Source: Myxococcota bacterium (GTDB lineage Bacteria; Myxococcota_A; UBA796; UBA2385). Taken from it: 64,000 nt of DNA. The notes beneath the pieces are model-generated. The model worked only from the letters and a program-made list of their open reading frames with translations, searched no databases and was not told where the DNA came from. Position numbers and translations under genes: made by a program. The stretch lies in NCBI GenBank assembly GCA_044344255.1, contig JBIJDH010000011.1, forward strand, positions 160,001 through 224,000, in the 5' to 3' direction. This document shows positions 10,078 through 23,460 of the stretch, one piece after another; the first letter of the stretch is position 1, and each line of letters starts with the position of its first letter.

Positions 10078-10465
10078 CGGTGACCACGCCCACGTTGGTC
10101 GCGCCGGCGAGGCGGCACTTGTCCACCACCTCGATGAGCTTGTCGGCCGGCACGCGCCGATCGGTGACCACGAGCACCGTCTTGTCCCCGCCGGGGCCCA
10201 GGGCGTCCCGCACCCGGCTCTGCACCATCCAGGGCCGCACCGGCGCCTCGTTGATGTAGACGTCGAGGGCGCGGTCGATGTAGACGCGCAGCGCCTTGCT
10301 GTTCGCCGGGGTGGCGCTCTGGGCGCCGGGGCGCTCGATCTGCAGCTCGGCGTCCTTGGCGAAGGTCGTCGTGACCATGAAGAAGATCAAGAGCACGAGG
10401 ATGCAGTCGATGAGCGGCACCACGTCGATGTGCGGGTCCTGATGGGCCCCACGAGCCTTCCTCAT
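10067..10465 (-). CDS. exbD: Biopolymer transporter ExbD
   Basis: IDVVPLIDCILVLLIFFMVTTTF motif. Confidence 0.95.
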   Translation of the reverse strand: MRKARGAHQDPHIDVVPLIDCILVLLIFFMVTTTFAKDAELQIERPGAQSATPANSKALRVYIDRALDVYINEAPVRPWMVQSRVRDALGPGGDKTVLVVTDRRVPADKLIEVVDKCRLAGATNVGVVTDAE

Positions 10466-11121
10466 GCGCGCACCGCCCGGGCCCCTTCGGCCGCCGCGCC
10501 CGGCTGGAGCGCCCCGCCGAGCAGGGCCTTCAGGGCGTCGAACTCCAGCTCCAAGGTCTGCTGCTTGTGGTAGAGCATGCCGCCCGCGAGCAGCCCGGGG
10601 ACGGCGATGGCGAGGCCCATCTGGGTGGCGTAGAGCGCCTCGACGATGCCGCCCGCGATGCCCTCCGACGCGCTCGAGGTGGAGGACTGACCGAGCGAGC
10701 CGAAGGTCTCGATGAGGCCGGTCACGGTGCCGAGGAGCCCGAGCAGCGGGGCCATCGAGACGAGGCAGGTGACGAGCCCGGTGCCGGCGCGCAGCTCGTC
10801 CTCGAGCTCGCCCAGGTGGAGGTCGAGCAGGCGCCGCGAGACCGGGAGCCCGTGCTCGAGGCGGAGGAGGGCGCCGCGGCGGGCCGCCTCATCGACGAGG
10901 CCGCGGGTACGGGCGGTCGGCGCGGCGGTGAAGTGGTCGAGCAGGCCGCGGAGCGACCGGCGGTCCCCGCGACGCAGTCGGAGGATGCGCAGCCCGAGCG
11001 CGTACCACAGCACGGCGGCCGTCACAAAGAGTGACGGCATGACAACACCACCGTAACGCCAGAGATCGTAGACCTGGGTCCACAGCGATATCAGGAACGG
11101 GGATGTCAGAAACGGGGTCAT
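10462..11121 (-). CDS. exbB: MotA/TolQ/ExbB proton channel
   Basis: APLLGLLGTVTGLIETF, GI.EAL..TQMGLAIAVP. Confidence 0.92.
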   Translation of the reverse strand: MTPFLTSPFLISLWTQVYDLWRYGGVVMPSLFVTAAVLWYALGLRILRLRRGDRRSLRGLLDHFTAAPTARTRGLVDEAARRGALLRLEHGLPVSRRLLDLHLGELEDELRAGTGLVTCLVSMAPLLGLLGTVTGLIETFGSLGQSSTSSASEGIAGGIVEALYATQMGLAIAVPGLLAGGMLYHKQQTLELEFDALKALLGGALQPGAAAEGARAVRA

Positions 11122-12443
11122 CAGCCGCTCCCCCGCTCGGCCTGCTCGAGGGCGTTCAAGAGCCCGAGCGCGCCGCGGTCAAGGGTGGTCTTCACCGACT
11201 CACCGATGCTGGCCAGCACATTACCCGCGAGTAACGTCGGGATCGCCACCGAGAGCCCGAGCGCGGTGCAGATGAGGGCCTCGGCGATGCCCGCCGACAT
11301 CAGCTTGGGGTTGCCGGTGCCGTGCTCGGTGATGACGTCAAAGGTGGCGATCATGCCGGTGACCGTGCCCAGGAGCCCGAGCAGCGGCGCGCCGGCCGTG
11401 ATCACCGTCAGCGCCGAGGCGAAGCGGTCGATGCCCGGCGTCTCCTTGAGGATCGACTCATCGACCACCCGGTCGAGCTCCTCCTGGCTGCGGTCGCGGG
11501 CCTGGAGCACGGAGCGCAGGGTGCGGGAGATGGGCCCGCCCACCCGGCCGACGGCGCGCTCAGCCTCCTCGAAGCGCCCGGCGGCGGCGGCGGCGGTGAC
11601 GGCCTCGACCAGGGCCATCCCCCCGCGACGGGCGAAGACGAGGCCGAGCGCGCGGACGATGACGAGGCAGAGGCTGACCATGCCGAGCCCGAAGAGGAGC
11701 TGGCCCATGGTGCCGGCGTCCGTCAGGACCTGCCCGAGCCCGCCGCCCTCCTCGGCCTCCTCGACCTTCTTCTCGGCCTCGAAGAGGTAGAGCTCGAGCG
11801 CGGGCGGCTGCTGGTCGGCCGCCAGGGCGAGCGCGGTCTCTCGGCCGAGCTCCCGGCGGAGCTGCAGGCGGCCCTCGCCCGCGGGGGCGAGCGAACCGGC
11901 GGCGGCGGCCGCGCTGCCCCAGGCGCCGATCTCCCCCCAGGCATAGACCTTCCCCTGGACGAGACTGCCGTCGGGCAAGAAGAAGGCCTCCTCTCGCCAA
12001 CCCACGGCCCGCTGTTCGCGGAGGCGGGTCGCCGCGGCCTCGAAGGTGGTGGTCACCTGGGTGGGCGGGGCCAGCGGTGGCTCGGCGCTCGGGAGCCCGA
12101 GGGTCTCGGCGGCCTGGCCGAGGGTGGAGCCGAGCAGCGCGCCCGCGTCGTCCATCGCCGCCGTCTGCCGCTCGAGGGCGTCGAAGCTGTCCTCGGCCTG
12201 GTCGGCCCGTCGGGTCACCGAGACGAGCCGGCCCTGGAGGCGGTCGAGCTCCTGGTCGGCCAGGGCGAGGCGGGTGCGCCGCTCGGCTTCCAGCTCCTGC
12301 TTCCGCTCCAGGAGCTCCGCCCGCTCGGCCTCCAGATAGGCGTACTCCTTCTGATAGGCCTGCTCCAGGCTGCTGCCCGGCTCGGCCTGACTCACACCCA
12401 TCGACAGGAGGACCGGGACGAGGACCGGGAGGAGCAAGCTCAT
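11121..12443 (-). CDS. Large MotA/TolQ/ExbB-family protein (TtpC-like)
   Basis: Signal peptide, coiled coil, then APLLGLLGTVTGMIATF..GI.EAL.CTALGL; ATG at 12443. Confidence 0.88.
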   Translation of the reverse strand: MSLLLPVLVPVLLSMGVSQAEPGSSLEQAYQKEYAYLEAERAELLERKQELEAERRTRLALADQELDRLQGRLVSVTRRADQAEDSFDALERQTAAMDDAGALLGSTLGQAAETLGLPSAEPPLAPPTQVTTTFEAAATRLREQRAVGWREEAFFLPDGSLVQGKVYAWGEIGAWGSAAAAAGSLAPAGEGRLQLRRELGRETALALAADQQPPALELYLFEAEKKVEEAEEGGGLGQVLTDAGTMGQLLFGLGMVSLCLVIVRALGLVFARRGGMALVEAVTAAAAAGRFEEAERAVGRVGGPISRTLRSVLQARDRSQEELDRVVDESILKETPGIDRFASALTVITAGAPLLGLLGTVTGMIATFDVITEHGTGNPKLMSAGIAEALICTALGLSVAIPTLLAGNVLASIGESVKTTLDRGALGLLNALEQAERGSG

Positions 12444-13240
12444 GGTGCGCTCGTGCCGTTGGGGTTCGGGAGCGTGAAGGCGCCGCTCCGCACGCCGTGG
12501 CGCAGCTTCTCGAAGAGGTGCTCGACGGCCTTCTGCTGATCGCGGTCGGTGAAGACCACCCAGGTCCAAGCGCCTCCAGACCCGTCACCCGACTTATCAA
12601 CCTGTCGGCGGGCGGCGCCCACCACCCCGCCGTCTGTCCGGAAGTACAGGGCGACCATGCCGAGGCGGGCCACCTCGGCCAGCACCTCTCCCTCGGGGAG
12701 GGCGACGATCTGCCGATCAAGGGCGTTCTCGCGGGAGAGCCGGAGCTCGTCCTCGACGAAGGCCCAGAGGCGGGCGCTGGCGGCCTCCGGGGTGACGATG
12801 CCCTGCTTGAGGTCGTTGTCGAGGCGGTCGAGCTCGGCCAGCCGCTCGGCGCTGCGGAAGGGGAGGCCGGCCTCGACCTCGGCCCAGATGAGGCGGATCG
12901 AGGCCTGCAGCGCCGGTCCGAGATCGGAGGCCTCGCCGCTGTGGGCGCTGAGCTCCGTCACCCGGGAGGCCGCCTCTCCCTCGATCTGCGCGAGGCGCAG
13001 CTCCTCCCGTCGGAGCTGCACCTCGATCTCCAGCTTCTGCGCCTCCGTGGCCTTCAACCGGGCCCGGAGCTCCTCCTTGTCGAGCTGCAGCTCATGGGAG
13101 AGGGTCTCGACCTCCCGCCGCAGCCGAGCGAGCTCAGCGGCGCGGGAGTCGGTGGAGTCGGCCGCCCCGGCCACCCCGGCCGGGAGGCCGAAGAGGGCGA
13201 GGCAGACGAGGAGCAGTCGCGAGAGAGACGGCCGGAGCAT
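12440..13240 (-). CDS. DUF3450-family periplasmic protein
   Basis: Signal peptide, coiled coil, LPF...ERL..L and RLG.VALY..T.DG motifs; position upstream of the ttpC-like gene. Confidence 0.8.
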   Translation of the reverse strand: MLRPSLSRLLLVCLALFGLPAGVAGAADSTDSRAAELARLRREVETLSHELQLDKEELRARLKATEAQKLEIEVQLRREELRLAQIEGEAASRVTELSAHSGEASDLGPALQASIRLIWAEVEAGLPFRSAERLAELDRLDNDLKQGIVTPEAASARLWAFVEDELRLSRENALDRQIVALPEGEVLAEVARLGMVALYFRTDGGVVGAARRQVDKSGDGSGGAWTWVVFTDRDQQKAVEHLFEKLRHGVRSGAFTLPNPNGTSAP

Positions 13241-13255
13241 GCAGAGAGACCCCCT

Positions 13256-14635
<1,380 letters not shown>

Positions 14636-14907
14636 GGAAATACCCGATTCCTCGGGGAATGGCGGGGGCTCCGCTTTCCGAGGTGCGACTTTTACCGGCG
14701 CCTCATGGCAGCTCTGTGTCAAGGAGGGAGCGGGGGAGAGACGGGCCAGTGTCCGCCCGCTCAGAGCGCCTCATGATTCCTGTTGATCCTATATTTTTCC
14801 AACGTCCCTACCCATTCGTCAGAGTTCGGTCACTCGGGTGTGTCATCAACAGGGCGGCAACGTGGCGAGGACCGAGCGCTCGCGCGACAGGACCGCGGCG
14901 GAGCGCC

Positions 14908-15728
14908 TCACAGCGGGCAGGCCTCCTCGACCATCGAGCGGCGGCGCAGCACGAGGCGGCGCACGGCCGGGGCGTCGGGCAAGGCCACCCCCGAGGACTC
15001 CGCCTTCGCCACCGCTGCCGCCGCCGCGTCGAGCCAGGCGTAGATGGGCGGGGCCGTCTCGGCGCAGCGGGCGGGGTCCTCCTTGCCGGCGGTGGCCGCC
15101 ACCAGCGCCCGCGCCTGGAGCAGCCACAAGAGGCCTTGGAAGCGGGGCGCGGTGCCCGAGAGCTGGAGCGCGCCCTCGACGATGCGGAGGGCCTCCTCGG
15201 GCTTGTCCTGACGCAAGCGGACCTCGGCGAGGCCGAGCGGGTACTCCGCCTCGTTGGGCCGGCGGTTCACGAGGCTCTCGTAGATCCGCGCCGCCCCCTC
15301 GAGGTCGCCCGTCGCGAGGTCGAGCAGGGCCTGGCTCGCCAGCACGCCGGGGTCCTCCGGCGCGGCGGCCGAGGCCTTGCCGAGCCAGGTGCCGGCCTGC
15401 AGGAGGTCACCCTCGCTCAGTGACACGCTCCCGAGGCCGCGCAGGCACTCCGCCGCCTGCGGGTCGAGGTCGACGCAGCGCTGGAAGGCGGTGCGCGCCG
15501 CCGGTCGTTGGCCGGCGAGCTGGTAGGTCCAGCCGAGGCCAGCCAGCGCCGCCCCATGGGTGGGGTCCTTCTCCAAGGCCCGCCGGAAGTGGGCCTCGGC
15601 CGCCGAGAGATCGTGCGCGCGCAGGGCGGTGCGGCCCTCCGCCTCCTCATGGTCGGCCGAGCAGCCGAGCAGGGCGAGGAGCCCGAGCAGGGGAGGCAGG
15701 CCGCGGGACCGCCACCGGCACCCCGCCC

Positions 15729-15732
<4 letters not shown>
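14908..15732 (-). CDS. TPR lipoprotein
   Basis: Lipobox LLGC; TPR-like repeats (ALEKDP, LDP, PEDP, PNE). Confidence 0.8.
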
Positions 15733-17153
<1,421 letters not shown>

Positions 17154-17176
17154 GGGCCGCACTATACCGTCCGGGA

Positions 17177-17211
17177 GGTGGTCCCCTCCGGTGGTCCCCT
17201 CAGGTGGTCCC
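17177..17211. repeat. 13-bp tandem repeat (GGTGGTCCCCTCC) about x3 across a stop codon
   Basis: Read directly; spans the stop at 17200-17202. Confidence 0.8.
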
Positions 17212-17874
17212 GCCGACGAGCCCGAGCAGGGCCGCCGAGAGCGCCCGCGCCGGCGCGCCGACGTCGAAGCCGAGCAGCTGGACCAGGATCAAGAGCAGCG
17301 CCATTCCGAGGGCAGACCGCCCCTGGAGCCACTCCCAGGGCCCCCGCAGCGCGCTCGGGAGGAGGTAGTCCACGACCCGGCTCCCATCGAGGGGGGGCAC
17401 CGGCAGGAGGTTGAAGAGGGCCAGCGCCACGTTCAGCACGAGCACCGAGGCGAGCAGCCGCCCGAGCGCGCCCGCGCCGCCGAAGGCGCCCAGCACGGCC
17501 AGGGTCGCCCCGCAGCCGAGCGCGATGGCGAGGTTCGAGAGGGGGCCCGCCGCGGCCGTGAACAGCATGCCGAGCCGACCGTCCCCGCCCCCTGCGAAGC
17601 GCGCCGGGTTGACGGGCACCGGCCGCGCCCAGCCGATCGGCAGCCCGAGCAGGGGCAGCACCACCGTGCCGAGGAGGTCGATGTGGGCGATGGGATCGAG
17701 GGTCAGCCGCCCCTCGGCCTCGGCGGTGGTGTCGCCCAGGAGGGCGGCGGCCCGGGCGTGGGCGTACTCGTGGACCGTGAGCGAGAGCAGGAGCGGGATC
17801 CAAGCCGTGAGCCGCTCCTGGAGCAGAGGCCCCAGGGTCTCGACGAGGCCCACCGCGAGCCCGCTGAGGCTCAT
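17200..17874 (-). CDS. Site-2 protease (peptidase M50)
   Basis: [33 protein letters not shown]. Confidence 0.95.
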   Translation of the reverse strand: MSLSGLAVGLVETLGPLLQERLTAWIPLLLSLTVHEYAHARAAALLGDTTAEAEGRLTLDPIAHIDLLGTVVLPLLGLPIGWARPVPVNPARFAGGGDGRLGMLFTAAAGPLSNLAIALGCGATLAVLGAFGGAGALGRLLASVLVLNVALALFNLLPVPPLDGSRVVDYLLPSALRGPWEWLQGRSALGMALLLILVQLLGFDVGAPARALSAALLGLVGGTT

Positions 17875-19262
17875 CCGGCCTCGGTGCGCCGGGCGGCCCA
17901 GGCGTCGGGGCGGAGCTCGGCGGCGAGGCTGGTGCCCGGCAGGGCCTCGGCGGCCCGGATCTGAGACTTCGGCACGAGGCGGGCCACGACGGGCGCGCCC
18001 TCCTCGGCGGGGAGCTGGACCTTGACGAAGGCGGCGTCGGCCCAGAGGATGCGCCCCTCGATCGCCGCCCCCTCGGCGAGCGTGAGCCGCGCGTGCACCT
18101 CGCCCACCGGCTGGGTGAACTGGCTCGTAGACTCGACGAAGAGGGCGTCGAGGGCGTCGAAGCGGCGCTCGATTCGGGCGGCGGCGGCGAGCGCGAGGGA
18201 GAGGTCGGCCGTCGAGACCTGCACCTCGGCCCCCTCCTTGCGGGCCCGGCGAACGGCGCGGAGGGCGGCCTCGTTACAGAGGTGCTGGAGCAAGGCGCCC
18301 GAGGCCCCCGGCGTCTCCCGGGCGAGGCGGGCGAGGTCGACGTCGGCCCCGAGCTGCTTGCCGCGGCAGTGGATCTGGAGGATGGCGAGCCGGGCCTCCT
18401 CATCGGGGTGGTCGAGGCTGAGGCGGACGTCGAAGCGCCCCGGGCGGAGGAGGGCACGGTCGAGCACGTCGGAGCGGTTGGTGGCGGCGATGACCACCAC
18501 CCGCGAGGTGGGCGTGAAGCCGTCGAGGCAGACCAGGAGCTGGTTCAGCGTCTGCTCCCGCTCGTCGTGGGCGGTGCCGAGGCCCGAGCCCCGCCGCCGG
18601 CCCACGGCGTCGAGCTCATCGATGAAGATGACGCATGGAGCTGCCTTCTCGGCCTGCGCGAAGAGGTCGCGGATGCGGGCGGCGCCCACGCCCACGAACA
18701 TCTCGACGAACTCGCTCGCCGAGATCACGAAGACGGGGACCTCGGCCTCCCCGGCCACGGCGCGGGCGAGCAGCGTCTTGCCGCCGCCCGGCGGCCCCTC
18801 GAGCAGCACCCCCCGCGGCAGGCGGACGCCGGCGCGGGTCCAGCGCTCGGGGTGGCGGAGGAAGTCGACGACGTCGGTGAGCAGCTCCTTGGCCTCGGCG
18901 TGGCCGCCGACGTCGGTGAAGCGCGTGGTCTCGACGCCCGGCTTGAGCTGCCGCGCGTTGGCCTTGCGGAGGTCAAAGATGGTGCGCCCGGCCGCGCCGC
19001 CCTGCTGCTGCTGGCGGCGCCGCAGCACGAGCAGCACGACAATGACGATCAAGCCACCGCCCACCGCGAAGGCGACCGGGACGCTCGGGCTCGGGCTCGA
19101 GCGGGCCGTCCCGATCGGTACGTCGACCTCGAGGATGCCCTCGTCCCCGTAGATCTCCCCCTCGTAGACATCGTCTTCGTCCATGGCGCCGAGCGTCACG
19201 AAGACGGCGAGCACCAGCAGGAGCAGGGCCCAGAGGAGGAAGGTGCGGCTTCGGGGTGTCAC
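17871..19262 (-). CDS. FtsH-type membrane AAA+ ATPase lacking the M41 protease domain
   Basis: Two TM helices; [45 protein letters not shown]; no HExxH; start uncertain (GTG 19262 or ATG 19328). Confidence 0.88.
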   Translation of the reverse strand: MTPRSRTFLLWALLLLVLAVFVTLGAMDEDDVYEGEIYGDEGILEVDVPIGTARSSPSPSVPVAFAVGGGLIVIVVLLVLRRRQQQQGGAAGRTIFDLRKANARQLKPGVETTRFTDVGGHAEAKELLTDVVDFLRHPERWTRAGVRLPRGVLLEGPPGGGKTLLARAVAGEAEVPVFVISASEFVEMFVGVGAARIRDLFAQAEKAAPCVIFIDELDAVGRRRGSGLGTAHDEREQTLNQLLVCLDGFTPTSRVVVIAATNRSDVLDRALLRPGRFDVRLSLDHPDEEARLAILQIHCRGKQLGADVDLARLARETPGASGALLQHLCNEAALRAVRRARKEGAEVQVSTADLSLALAAAARIERRFDALDALFVESTSQFTQPVGEVHARLTLAEGAAIEGRILWADAAFVKVQLPAEEGAPVVARLVPKSQIRAAEALPGTSLAAELRPDAWAARRTEAG

Positions 19263-19326
19263 GGGCGGCAGCGTAGCGCAGGACCGCGCCGCTGGGCATC
19301 CCTGGACGCCGGACGGATTTCGGCCC

Positions 19327-20184
19327 ATGATCCGAGGCCCTCCGGGAGCGCCCTTGGTCCTCGCCCTGCTCGCCCTCAGCCTCCCCGCCCTCGCCTGGGA
19401 GCCCGTCTTCGACGCCGCCTTGGCCGGCTCCTATTGGTCGAGCGGCCTCCGGCTCAACCTCTCCCCGGGGCTACAGCAGCCCCTCTGGAACAAGCCCGGA
19501 GACCTGCTCTTCGCGGACACCTTCCTCCGCACCGACCTCGCCGTCGCCGCCACCCCCTCCTACGTCCGGGCGGGACCGCGGGTGCTCTTCGCGCCGATCG
19601 CCGTCTTCAACCTCGAGCTCAGCGCGCTCGGCTCCCGCTACTTCGGCACCTTCACCTCCGTGGTGGGCTTCCCCGAGCCCGACGCCGTGCCCGACGCCGC
19701 GGCGATGGAGGCCGCCGTCGAGGCCGGGCAGCGCGGCACCGCCTGGCAGACCCGCGTGGGCAGCCTCGCGACCCTCCAGGGCAAGGTGGGGCCCGTCGTG
19801 GCCGTGCTCCTGTGGGACCAGGCCCACTGGGACACCTGGCCGAGCGAGGAGGTGGTGGGCGACTACCTCTTCGAGCCCGAGGCGAGCCTCATCATCGCGC
19901 GTCACGACGACACCTGGGGCCTCAGCAGCCTGCTGCTCTACCAACACCGCCTGGGCGAGTGGACGGCGCGGGCCGGCCTCTACGAGAACCACCTCCGCAG
20001 CATGACCACGAAGGACGAGCTGCTGCGGCTCGGCCCGGTGGTGCAGCTCACCGAGCCCGAGGGGCGGTGGAGCTACCTCCTGCTCGTGCAGGCCCACCTC
20101 GTCGAGCGGAGCTGGGAGGACCCCTTCCCCCCCTTCATCGCCGCGCGGGCCGCCTACGTGTGGAAGCCGCCGCCGATGCCCTGA
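19327..20184 (+). CDS. Exported hypothetical protein, possible outer-membrane beta-barrel
   Basis: Signal peptide (..PALA-WEP), alternating beta-strand pattern, GC3-rich codons. Confidence 0.65.
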   Translation: MIRGPPGAPLVLALLALSLPALAWEPVFDAALAGSYWSSGLRLNLSPGLQQPLWNKPGDLLFADTFLRTDLAVAATPSYVRAGPRVLFAPIAVFNLELSALGSRYFGTFTSVVGFPEPDAVPDAAAMEAAVEAGQRGTAWQTRVGSLATLQGKVGPVVAVLLWDQAHWDTWPSEEVVGDYLFEPEASLIIARHDDTWGLSSLLLYQHRLGEWTARAGLYENHLRSMTTKDELLRLGPVVQLTEPEGRWSYLLLVQAHLVERSWEDPFPPFIAARAAYVWKPPPMP

Positions 20185-21173
20185 GCGCCGCGCACCCCGC
20201 GCCCCTGCTCCCCCGCTCCGGCGCGCTCGGCGACCATCTCCCGCAGGGCGGCCTCCACCGGGCCGGGGCTCCAGCCGAGCTCATCGCGGGCCCGCGCCCC
20301 GCTGCGGTAGCGGACGAGGCTCATCTGCTCGAGGGCCCCGGAGATCGGGCCGAGGCCGGGGAGGCGCCGCAGCAGACGGGCCGTGCGGGAGGGCAGGGGC
20401 AGGACGAGGGGATGACGCCCCATCAATCGAGCGATTCTGACAATAACATCGGCGTAACGAAGGTTCTCCGCGCCGAGCAGGTACCGCCGGCCCGACTCCC
20501 CGTGCGTGTACGCGAGGATATGGCCGCGGCCCACATCCTCGACGCCCACGAAGCACTTGCCGCCCGGCGGCGCGGCGATGACGGGGAGGCGGGCGGCCCG
20601 CAGCAGCGGCCCGGTGACCACGCCGCCGACGTCACCCGGCCCCACCACGTAGTCGGGGTTGACGATCCAGCCGCCGGCCGCGGTCACCAGGGCCTCGGCG
20701 GCGAGCTTGGTGGCCCGGTAGGCGGCGGGTGTCCCCCGCAGCGGGGTGCGCGGGTCCTCGCTCGGCCCCTCCTCGACGCCGGGCTGCAGCGCATCTCCGA
20801 AGCCGGTGGTGATCGAGGAGGAGGTGTAGACCACGGGCAGGCCGAGGGCGAGCACCGCGCGGGTGCCCTCCACGTTGAGGCGCTGCATCCGGGCCTCGCC
20901 GCCCGGCCGGTCGTCCCAGACCCCCGCCACATGGAAGACGAGCCCGACCCCCTCCGCCGCCTCGCCGAGGCCCTCCGGCAGGCCCCGACGGAGGTGTCGC
21001 ACCCCCGCCGGCCAGCGCGGGTGCGGCGGCGCGGGATCGAGCACCACGACCTCGACGCCCGCCGCGCACAGGGCCCGGACGACGCCGTGGCCCACGAAGC
21101 CGGCCCCCCCGGTGACGAGCGCGCGGGCGGGGAGGGGGCGGGGGCTCGACAGGGGGCGGGGAGGGGGCGTCAT
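20154..21173 (-). CDS. NAD-dependent epimerase/dehydratase (extended SDR)
   Basis: LVTGGAGFVG, FHVAG, YTSS, YRATK (YxxxK), NP..V.GPGD. Confidence 0.92.
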   Translation of the reverse strand: MTPPPRPLSSPRPLPARALVTGGAGFVGHGVVRALCAAGVEVVVLDPAPPHPRWPAGVRHLRRGLPEGLGEAAEGVGLVFHVAGVWDDRPGGEARMQRLNVEGTRAVLALGLPVVYTSSSITTGFGDALQPGVEEGPSEDPRTPLRGTPAAYRATKLAAEALVTAAGGWIVNPDYVVGPGDVGGVVTGPLLRAARLPVIAAPPGGKCFVGVEDVGRGHILAYTHGESGRRYLLGAENLRYADVIVRIARLMGRHPLVLPLPSRTARLLRRLPGLGPISGALEQMSLVRYRSGARARDELGWSPGPVEAALREMVAERAGAGEQGRGVRGAQGIGGGFHT

Positions 21174-22168
21174 GCCCGCCCCCGGCGGTCCCAGCGCGCG
21201 CCGGCCTGAAAGGCCCGCGACCGGCTGAGGTCATCGAGGATGAGCCGGATGGAGCGGGCGGTGTCGGGGTCCGGATCGAGGCGCTGCGCCGCCTGGAGCT
21301 GCTGGTAGGCGGTGGGGACCTGCCCGCTGTGGAGGTTGTGACGGGCAGAGGCGAGGAGCTGCTTGGCCCGCTCCTCGGTGGGCGTGCCCGGCCTCGGCCG
21401 ACCGGCCCCCTCTCCGAGCCCGAGGCCGGTGAAGCGGACGAGGCCGCCGAGGGCGAGGCCGCCGAGGAAGCCGCCGACGTGGGCGACGTGCGCCACCGCG
21501 CCGCCGCCGGTGCCATCGGCGCTGAGCAGCATGGGGACGAGGTTGTCCCAGAGGAGGTAGACGACCAGCACGAGCCGCGCCGAGACGTTGAAGACCCGCA
21601 CGAAGATGGGGAAGAGGAAGAGGAGGATCCGCACCGTGTTGTGCGGGAAGAGCACGAAGTAGAGGCCGAGCAGGCCGGAGATCGCGCCCGAGGCCCCGAC
21701 GAGCGGCACCTCGGGGGAGGTGGCGACGGCGGCATAGCCGAGGGTCGCGAGGGCGCCGGTGAGCAGGTAGGCCAGGAGCGCGGGGAGGCGCCCCAGCCGG
21801 TGCTCCACGTTGTCGCCGTAGATCCAGAGGAACAGCATGTTCCCGAAGAGGTGCAGGAGCCCGCTGTGCATGAACATCGACGAGAACAGCGTGAGCAGGC
21901 GGGGCTCTGCGGGCCGGAAGCCGAACTGGAAGACCGCGAGGTCCCAGGCGGTCACCGAGATCTGGGCCGAGTGGAGGTCGAGCTCGGGTGCGCGCTGCTG
22001 GAGCGCCTCCAGCCAGCCGGAGAATGCAGGATCAAACGGATCTACCTGCACACCCGACAAGGGGAGGGTGTAGACGAGGTAGATGAGCACGTTGGCGCCG
22101 ATCAGGCCCCAGCTCACCCAAGGGGTGTACCCGGGGGGGTTCGGCGCGTCGCCGATCGGCAGCAGCAT
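21170..22168 (-). CDS. Rhomboid intramembrane serine protease
   Basis: SMFMHSGLLHLFGNM, VGASGAISG, AHVAHVGGF. Confidence 0.95.
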   Translation of the reverse strand: MLLPIGDAPNPPGYTPWVSWGLIGANVLIYLVYTLPLSGVQVDPFDPAFSGWLEALQQRAPELDLHSAQISVTAWDLAVFQFGFRPAEPRLLTLFSSMFMHSGLLHLFGNMLFLWIYGDNVEHRLGRLPALLAYLLTGALATLGYAAVATSPEVPLVGASGAISGLLGLYFVLFPHNTVRILLFLFPIFVRVFNVSARLVLVVYLLWDNLVPMLLSADGTGGGAVAHVAHVGGFLGGLALGGLVRFTGLGLGEGAGRPRPGTPTEERAKQLLASARHNLHSGQVPTAYQQLQAAQRLDPDPDTARSIRLILDDLSRSRAFQAGARWDRRGRA

Positions 22169-22309
22169 GGTCGACCTCGACAGAAGGCGGTCTCGGAGAG
22201 CTAACGTCGGGTGGACGTGTCAGCGGACCACCTCCTCTCCACCCGAAAGCCCCGGAAAGGGCCTCGGCAGGCGACGGGATATGCGCACGACCACCCCCGG
22301 GGTCTCCGC

Positions 22310-23431
22310 ATGGCCTTCTGGTCTCCCAAGCCGGTCTCTCCACCTCCGAGCCCCGATCCCACGAATTGCAGCTTCTGCGGCAAGGAGCGGATCGCGGTGA
22401 AGAAGCTGATCGCCGCGCCGAAGGTGGCGATCTGCGACGAGTGCGTCCGACTGAGCCAGGACATCCTCGATGAAGAGGCGCTCGGCGCGCTGCCCCCGCC
22501 GCCCGAGAGCGTCAACCAGCTCCGCGGCCCGCTCGACCGCGCCGTCGTCGGGCAGCCCGCGGCCACCCGGGCGGTGGCGGTCGCGCTGTTCCGCCACCTG
22601 CGCGGGCTCAGCCTGAAAAGCAAGGAGCCGGCGAGCCGCGCTCCCCGGCTCCTGCTGATCGGCCCGCGGGGGAACGGGAAGTCCACCCTCGCGCGCGCGT
22701 TGTGCGCGGCCGAGCTCAGCGGGCTCCCCGCCTACCACGCAGACGCCAGCGCCCTCTCCGAGACCGGCTACGTCGGAGAGAACGTCGAGAACCTCTTCGG
22801 GGCGCTGCTCGGGCGGGCGCCCAACGATGAGGTGGGGCGCCGCGGCCTCCTCGTCCTGGACGGGCTCCACCACCTCGTGCGGCAGCGGCCACCGGAGGGC
22901 ACCCGGGACGTGTCGGGGCGGGAGGTCCAACGCGACCTCGTCCGCCTGCTCGACGGGCTCTCGCTGCAGCCCACCCGCGGCGGCCCCCGACACCCGATGA
23001 ACCCCCAGCCGCTGGTGTCGGCCGATCGGCTCTTCGTGATCGCCCTCGCCACCTTCGAGGTGGAGGCCGACGACGAGCAGGGCCTCCGCGCGCGCCTGCG
23101 AGCGGCCGGCCTCGTCGACGAGCTGCTCAGCCGCTTCGATCGGATCGTGCTCATGCCCCGGCTCGACTCCCCGAGCCTGCGCCAGGTCCTCCAGCGCGCC
23201 CTGACGGAGCTCAGCGCCGAGTTCGCCCCCCTCGGCGTCCCGATCGAGGCCGCAGGCGGCGAGGAGCGCCTGATCGCGGCGGCGCTCCACTCCCCAGACG
23301 GCGCCTACGCGCTCCAGCCTCCCCTCGCCCGCCTCGCCGAGCGGGCCCTCCTTGAGGCGCCCCGCCGCTGGGCGCTCGACGACGCCCTGGCAGAGGCGCT
23401 GCTCCAGCGCGAGCCCCCCGTCGGGGGCTGA
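22310..23431 (+). CDS. Divergent ClpX-like AAA+ protein with C4 zinc finger
   Basis: CSFCGK..ICDEC, VVGQ, GPRGNGKS, SETGYVGENVE, RDVSGREVQ; Walker B is LVLDGL; no IGF loop visible. Confidence 0.85.
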   Translation: MAFWSPKPVSPPPSPDPTNCSFCGKERIAVKKLIAAPKVAICDECVRLSQDILDEEALGALPPPPESVNQLRGPLDRAVVGQPAATRAVAVALFRHLRGLSLKSKEPASRAPRLLLIGPRGNGKSTLARALCAAELSGLPAYHADASALSETGYVGENVENLFGALLGRAPNDEVGRRGLLVLDGLHHLVRQRPPEGTRDVSGREVQRDLVRLLDGLSLQPTRGGPRHPMNPQPLVSADRLFVIALATFEVEADDEQGLRARLRAAGLVDELLSRFDRIVLMPRLDSPSLRQVLQRALTELSAEFAPLGVPIEAAGGEERLIAAALHSPDGAYALQPPLARLAERALLEAPRRWALDDALAEALLQREPPVGG

Positions 23432-23460
23432 GCCCTGCGGCCTCTCCCCCCCAGGCGCCC

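Noticed and set aside
18093..21209. Very long alternative ORFs (for example 18093-21209 +, 5340-7886 +, 12077-14776 +, 47867-50374 +, 55744-58293 -)
   Set aside because: They are antisense or off-frame shadows of well-supported genes, expected at this GC content, and show no recognisable motifs.
21170..22168. Rhomboid as the sorting enzyme for the MYXO-CTERM-like proteins
   Set aside because: It looks like a generic rhomboid and is not adjacent to the tail-bearing genes.
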